Of a stretch of DNA of 64,000 bases, positions 60,863 to 64,000 are shown piece by piece. Position 1 is the stretch's first letter. Each line of letters begins with the position of its first letter. Source of the DNA: Macrostomum lignano (lineage: Eukaryota); assembly GCA_002269645.1 (NCBI GenBank), contig NIVC01002077.1:124001-188000 (forward strand). The letters are read 5' to 3'. Below the pieces are notes generated by a model. That model had not been told where the DNA came from, did not search any database, and worked only from the letters and a program-made list of their open reading frames with translations. A program made the translations under genes and the position numbers.

Positions 60863-61364
60863 CTCCTGGATACAAGATAGAGTCAGACATTGGCGCCGGC
60901 AAGACAGTGAGGGTTATCATATCTAGATAACCAAGCAGAACAATCAGTTAGGATTGATAAATGAATGGCATCTATCTGCCTCCTGGGGGGGGGGGTCAAA
61001 GCAATTGAGGAAGATACAGTCGCAGAGGCACAACTATATTGACGCTCCGAGCTCTTATTCTTATTGCTATTGCTACTGCAGTGTATAGAATGGCTAATAG
61101 CTAACAGCTAATCAGATAAAAAAAACGTGGAATCTACGAGTTACAACAAGGCCTTGCAAATGCTTCAACTCACCACATGTTGCTCGCATATAGAAGATCA
61201 GTATCGGATTGGTTAACAATAAATGGGGCCATTTATAGGTAAAGAAAGGCTCTCTCTAAGAGATATGCTGTAGGAAAGAAGGTCTATAGGACACGCATGG
61301 ACTGAGACGGGAGACGGGAGACGACAGTGGAGATTGAAGAGAGTTAAATAGATCAAGAAAAGAG

Positions 61365-62160
61365 AGATGGGAGAAGAGAGGAGAGGGAAGGTAAAGGAGG
61401 AGAAGAGAGGTAAGAGAGGAGAGGATAAGATAAGATTGGAGACGAGACGAGAAGAGACGAGAGGAGACGAGAAGAGACGAGAGGAGAGGAGAGGAGGGGA
61501 GAGGAGAGGAGAGGAAAGGAGAGGAGAGGAGACGAGAGGAAAAGAGAGGAGACGAGAGGAGACGAGAGGAGAGGAGAGGAGAGGAGAGGAGAAGAGAGGA
61601 GAGGATAGGAGAGGAGAGGAGAGGAGAGGAGACGAGAGGTAAGAGAGGAGAGGATAAGATAAGATTGGAGACGAGACGAGAAGAGACGAGACGAGACGAG
61701 AAGAGACGAGAGGAGAGGAGAGGAGACGAGAGGAGAGGAGAGGAGAGGAGAGGAGACGAGAGGAGAGGAGAGGAGAGGAGAGGAGACGAGACGAGACGAG
61801 ACGAGAGGAGAGGAGAGGAGAGGAGAGGAGAGGAGAGGAGAGGAGAGGAGAGGAGAGGAGGGGAGAGAAGAGAGGAGAGGAGAAGAGAGTAGAGGAGAGT
61901 AGAGGAGAGGAGAGGAGACGAGAGGAGAGGAGAGGAGAGGAGAGGAGAGGAGAGGAGAGGAGAGGAGAGGAGAGGAGAGGAGAGGAGATGAGAGGAGAGG
62001 AGAGGAGATGAGAGGAGAGGAGATGAGAGGAGAGGAGAGGAGAGGAGAGGAGAGGAGAGGAGATGAGAGGAGAGGAGAGGAGATGAGAGGAGAGGAGATG
62101 AGAGGAGAGGAGAGGAGAGGAGAGGAGAGGAGAGGAGAGGAGAGGAGAGGAGAGGAGAGG
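61365..62160. repeat. (GAGGA)n/(GACGA)n polypurine microsatellite
   Basis: Pentanucleotide tract. Confidence 0.96.
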
Positions 62161-63194
62161 TTAGGCTAGAGCAATCAAGTGCCTATAATTACATGAATTG
62201 GTTGCGCGATTTCGCAACCCGGCTGGCCAAATATTTGTCAGCTTTGCTCAATGACCGTTGAAAATCGAACACAGACGCAAACACAGTTCAATGTATGGTT
62301 CAGATCGGATGGGATTAGAGAACGGGTGTTTGCGGAAATGCTTTTTCTTGAGTTTGTTCGTTCATCTCATATCTGCTTAATGCAGTCCGCCTCGCATACA
62401 TAAGTAGCGTCTGCTTGCAGTCTCCAACTGGTTCGATATATAAAATGCTTGTTAGAAAACCGCCCCAAGGGCTTATAGCTCTGTATAGATAGATTGTGTG
62501 CACTGGAGACTGGGTCAGAAATTAATATTCAAACATCTGCAGATCACTTATTGATACGCGGCGCCAATAAGGATTTATTTATAGCCCAATAACTCGAAGG
62601 GCTTGGGGACAAATTCTATTACAGGAGTGATTGGACTAGAAACTTTCAATAAATTAATAACTATCTCAGGTAAGCTAATGCAGACACTTTGAAACTTTTC
62701 TCAAATTCCAAAACTTCGAGTTTTGCTTCGCTCCCCCCCCCCCAAGGCACAGCCGCCGGAACCAACGTCTCTATAGGGTTCCAATTTGTTTGAAGTGGGG
62801 ATCTCCCGGCACTTGGGCATCTGTCTGTCCTTCGAGCATATGCATAGTAATGAATAGATCCCATTCAATGCCCTATGCCATCTACCTGGCCAGGTGTTAA
62901 TGACTGACCAATATATATTGTGTCCCTATCTAAGATGAGCCGTCAACTGTGCGGTCTGTGTGACCTTTCTCTTGCGCGAACTTGAGCAGACAGTCAGATC
63001 TTGAACTTGCTCTCCCGATACAACTCTGGATCAATAACTGCACTGGCCCTTAAGGCCATCTGGTCATGTAGACGGGTTGGGTTCTGCATGCTTGCACCTC
63101 TGAGAGTGGCCCAGCCAGTGCGCTTTCGCTCCGCAGTGTGCCTGCCGCCGCATGGGAGACAGCGACTCCTCTTTGTTTTGTCCTTGCAATATCC

Positions 63195-63800
63195 ACTCTT
63201 CTTCTCCGCTCTTCTCCGCTCTTCTCCGCTCTTCTCCGCTCTTCTCCGCTAATCTCTCCCCTCTTCTCCGCTTATCTCCGCTCTTCTCCGCTTATCTCCG
63301 CTCTTCTCCGCTCTTCTCCGCTCTTCTCCGCTCTTATCTGCTCTTCTCCGCTTATCTCCGCTCTTCTCCGCTTATCTCCGCTCTTCTCCGCTCTTCTCCG
63401 CTCTTCTCCGCTCTTCTCATTGGAAGCTCTTTTCCTCTTCTCTGCTCGTCTCTCCTGCAATAGTTTTGCTTTCATGCCACTCGCCCTACATCTCTCCACG
63501 CTCGCCCTACATCTCTCCACGCTCGCCCTACATCTCTCCACGCTCGCCCTACATCTCTCCACGCTCGCCCTACATCTCTCCACACTCGCCCTACATCTCT
63601 CCACGCTCGCCTTACTACATCTCTCCATGCTCGCCCTACATCTCTCCACGCTCGCCCTACATCTCTCCACGCTCGCCCTACATCTCTCCATGCTCGCCCT
63701 ACATCTCTCCACGCTCGCCCTACATCTCTCCACGCTCGCCCTACATCTCTCCATGCTCGCCCTACATCTCTCCACGCTCGCCCTACATCTCTCCATGCTC
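63195..63800. repeat. 10-bp (CTCTTCTCCG)n tract followed by a 21-bp minisatellite (CGCCCTACATCTCTCCACGCT)
   Basis: 63195-63420 and 63478-63800. Confidence 0.94.
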
Positions 63801-64000
63801 ACAGCTGCTTGTTGGTTTCCTAATTTCAAAGACTCAAACGAAATATCTTGCTTTTAACAGAGTCAAGCTTAATTTCGTTGTGGCTCGTTACTCTGCAGAG
63901 AGAGCGCGTATTTTCATTCGTTCAAGAGGGTCACGTGACCTCCCCGCCGGCACCCTCCAGACCGGCTGGCTGTTTGCCTCCAGTGAAGAGAAGTCAGTCA

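Overview
Eukaryotic (metazoan) genomic DNA with GC-rich exons, AT-rich spacers and minisatellite-filled introns. The style strongly resembles the flatworm Macrostomum lignano, which is an inference. I assembled six multi-exon genes by hand with GT-AG junctions and consistent phases (one model needs a 1-nt correction, see below), plus the 5' end of a seventh gene at the window start. A tight minus-strand cluster (6.2-18.7 kb) holds four genes: an alanine aminotransferase-like gene lacking the PLP-binding Lys, a TRMT10C/MRPP1-like gene with altered SAM-loop residues and an apparent 1-nt frameshift, TMEM242, and an SDR16C-type dehydrogenase. Its spacing is operon-like. A 13-exon USP9X/faf deubiquitinase (about 2769 aa) lies on the plus strand at 25.8-41.4 kb. 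A 3-exon Nkx2.1/scarecrow homeobox gene lies on the minus strand at 56.1-59.8 kb. There are over 35 unrelated tandem arrays, several made of amplified splice-site-like units, plus three MITE-like elements with target-site duplications, a CORE-like tRNA-SINE, and a dispersed palindromic motif. Most long ORFs in the supplied track are artefacts of repeats. Family alignments were made from memory, not by database search.
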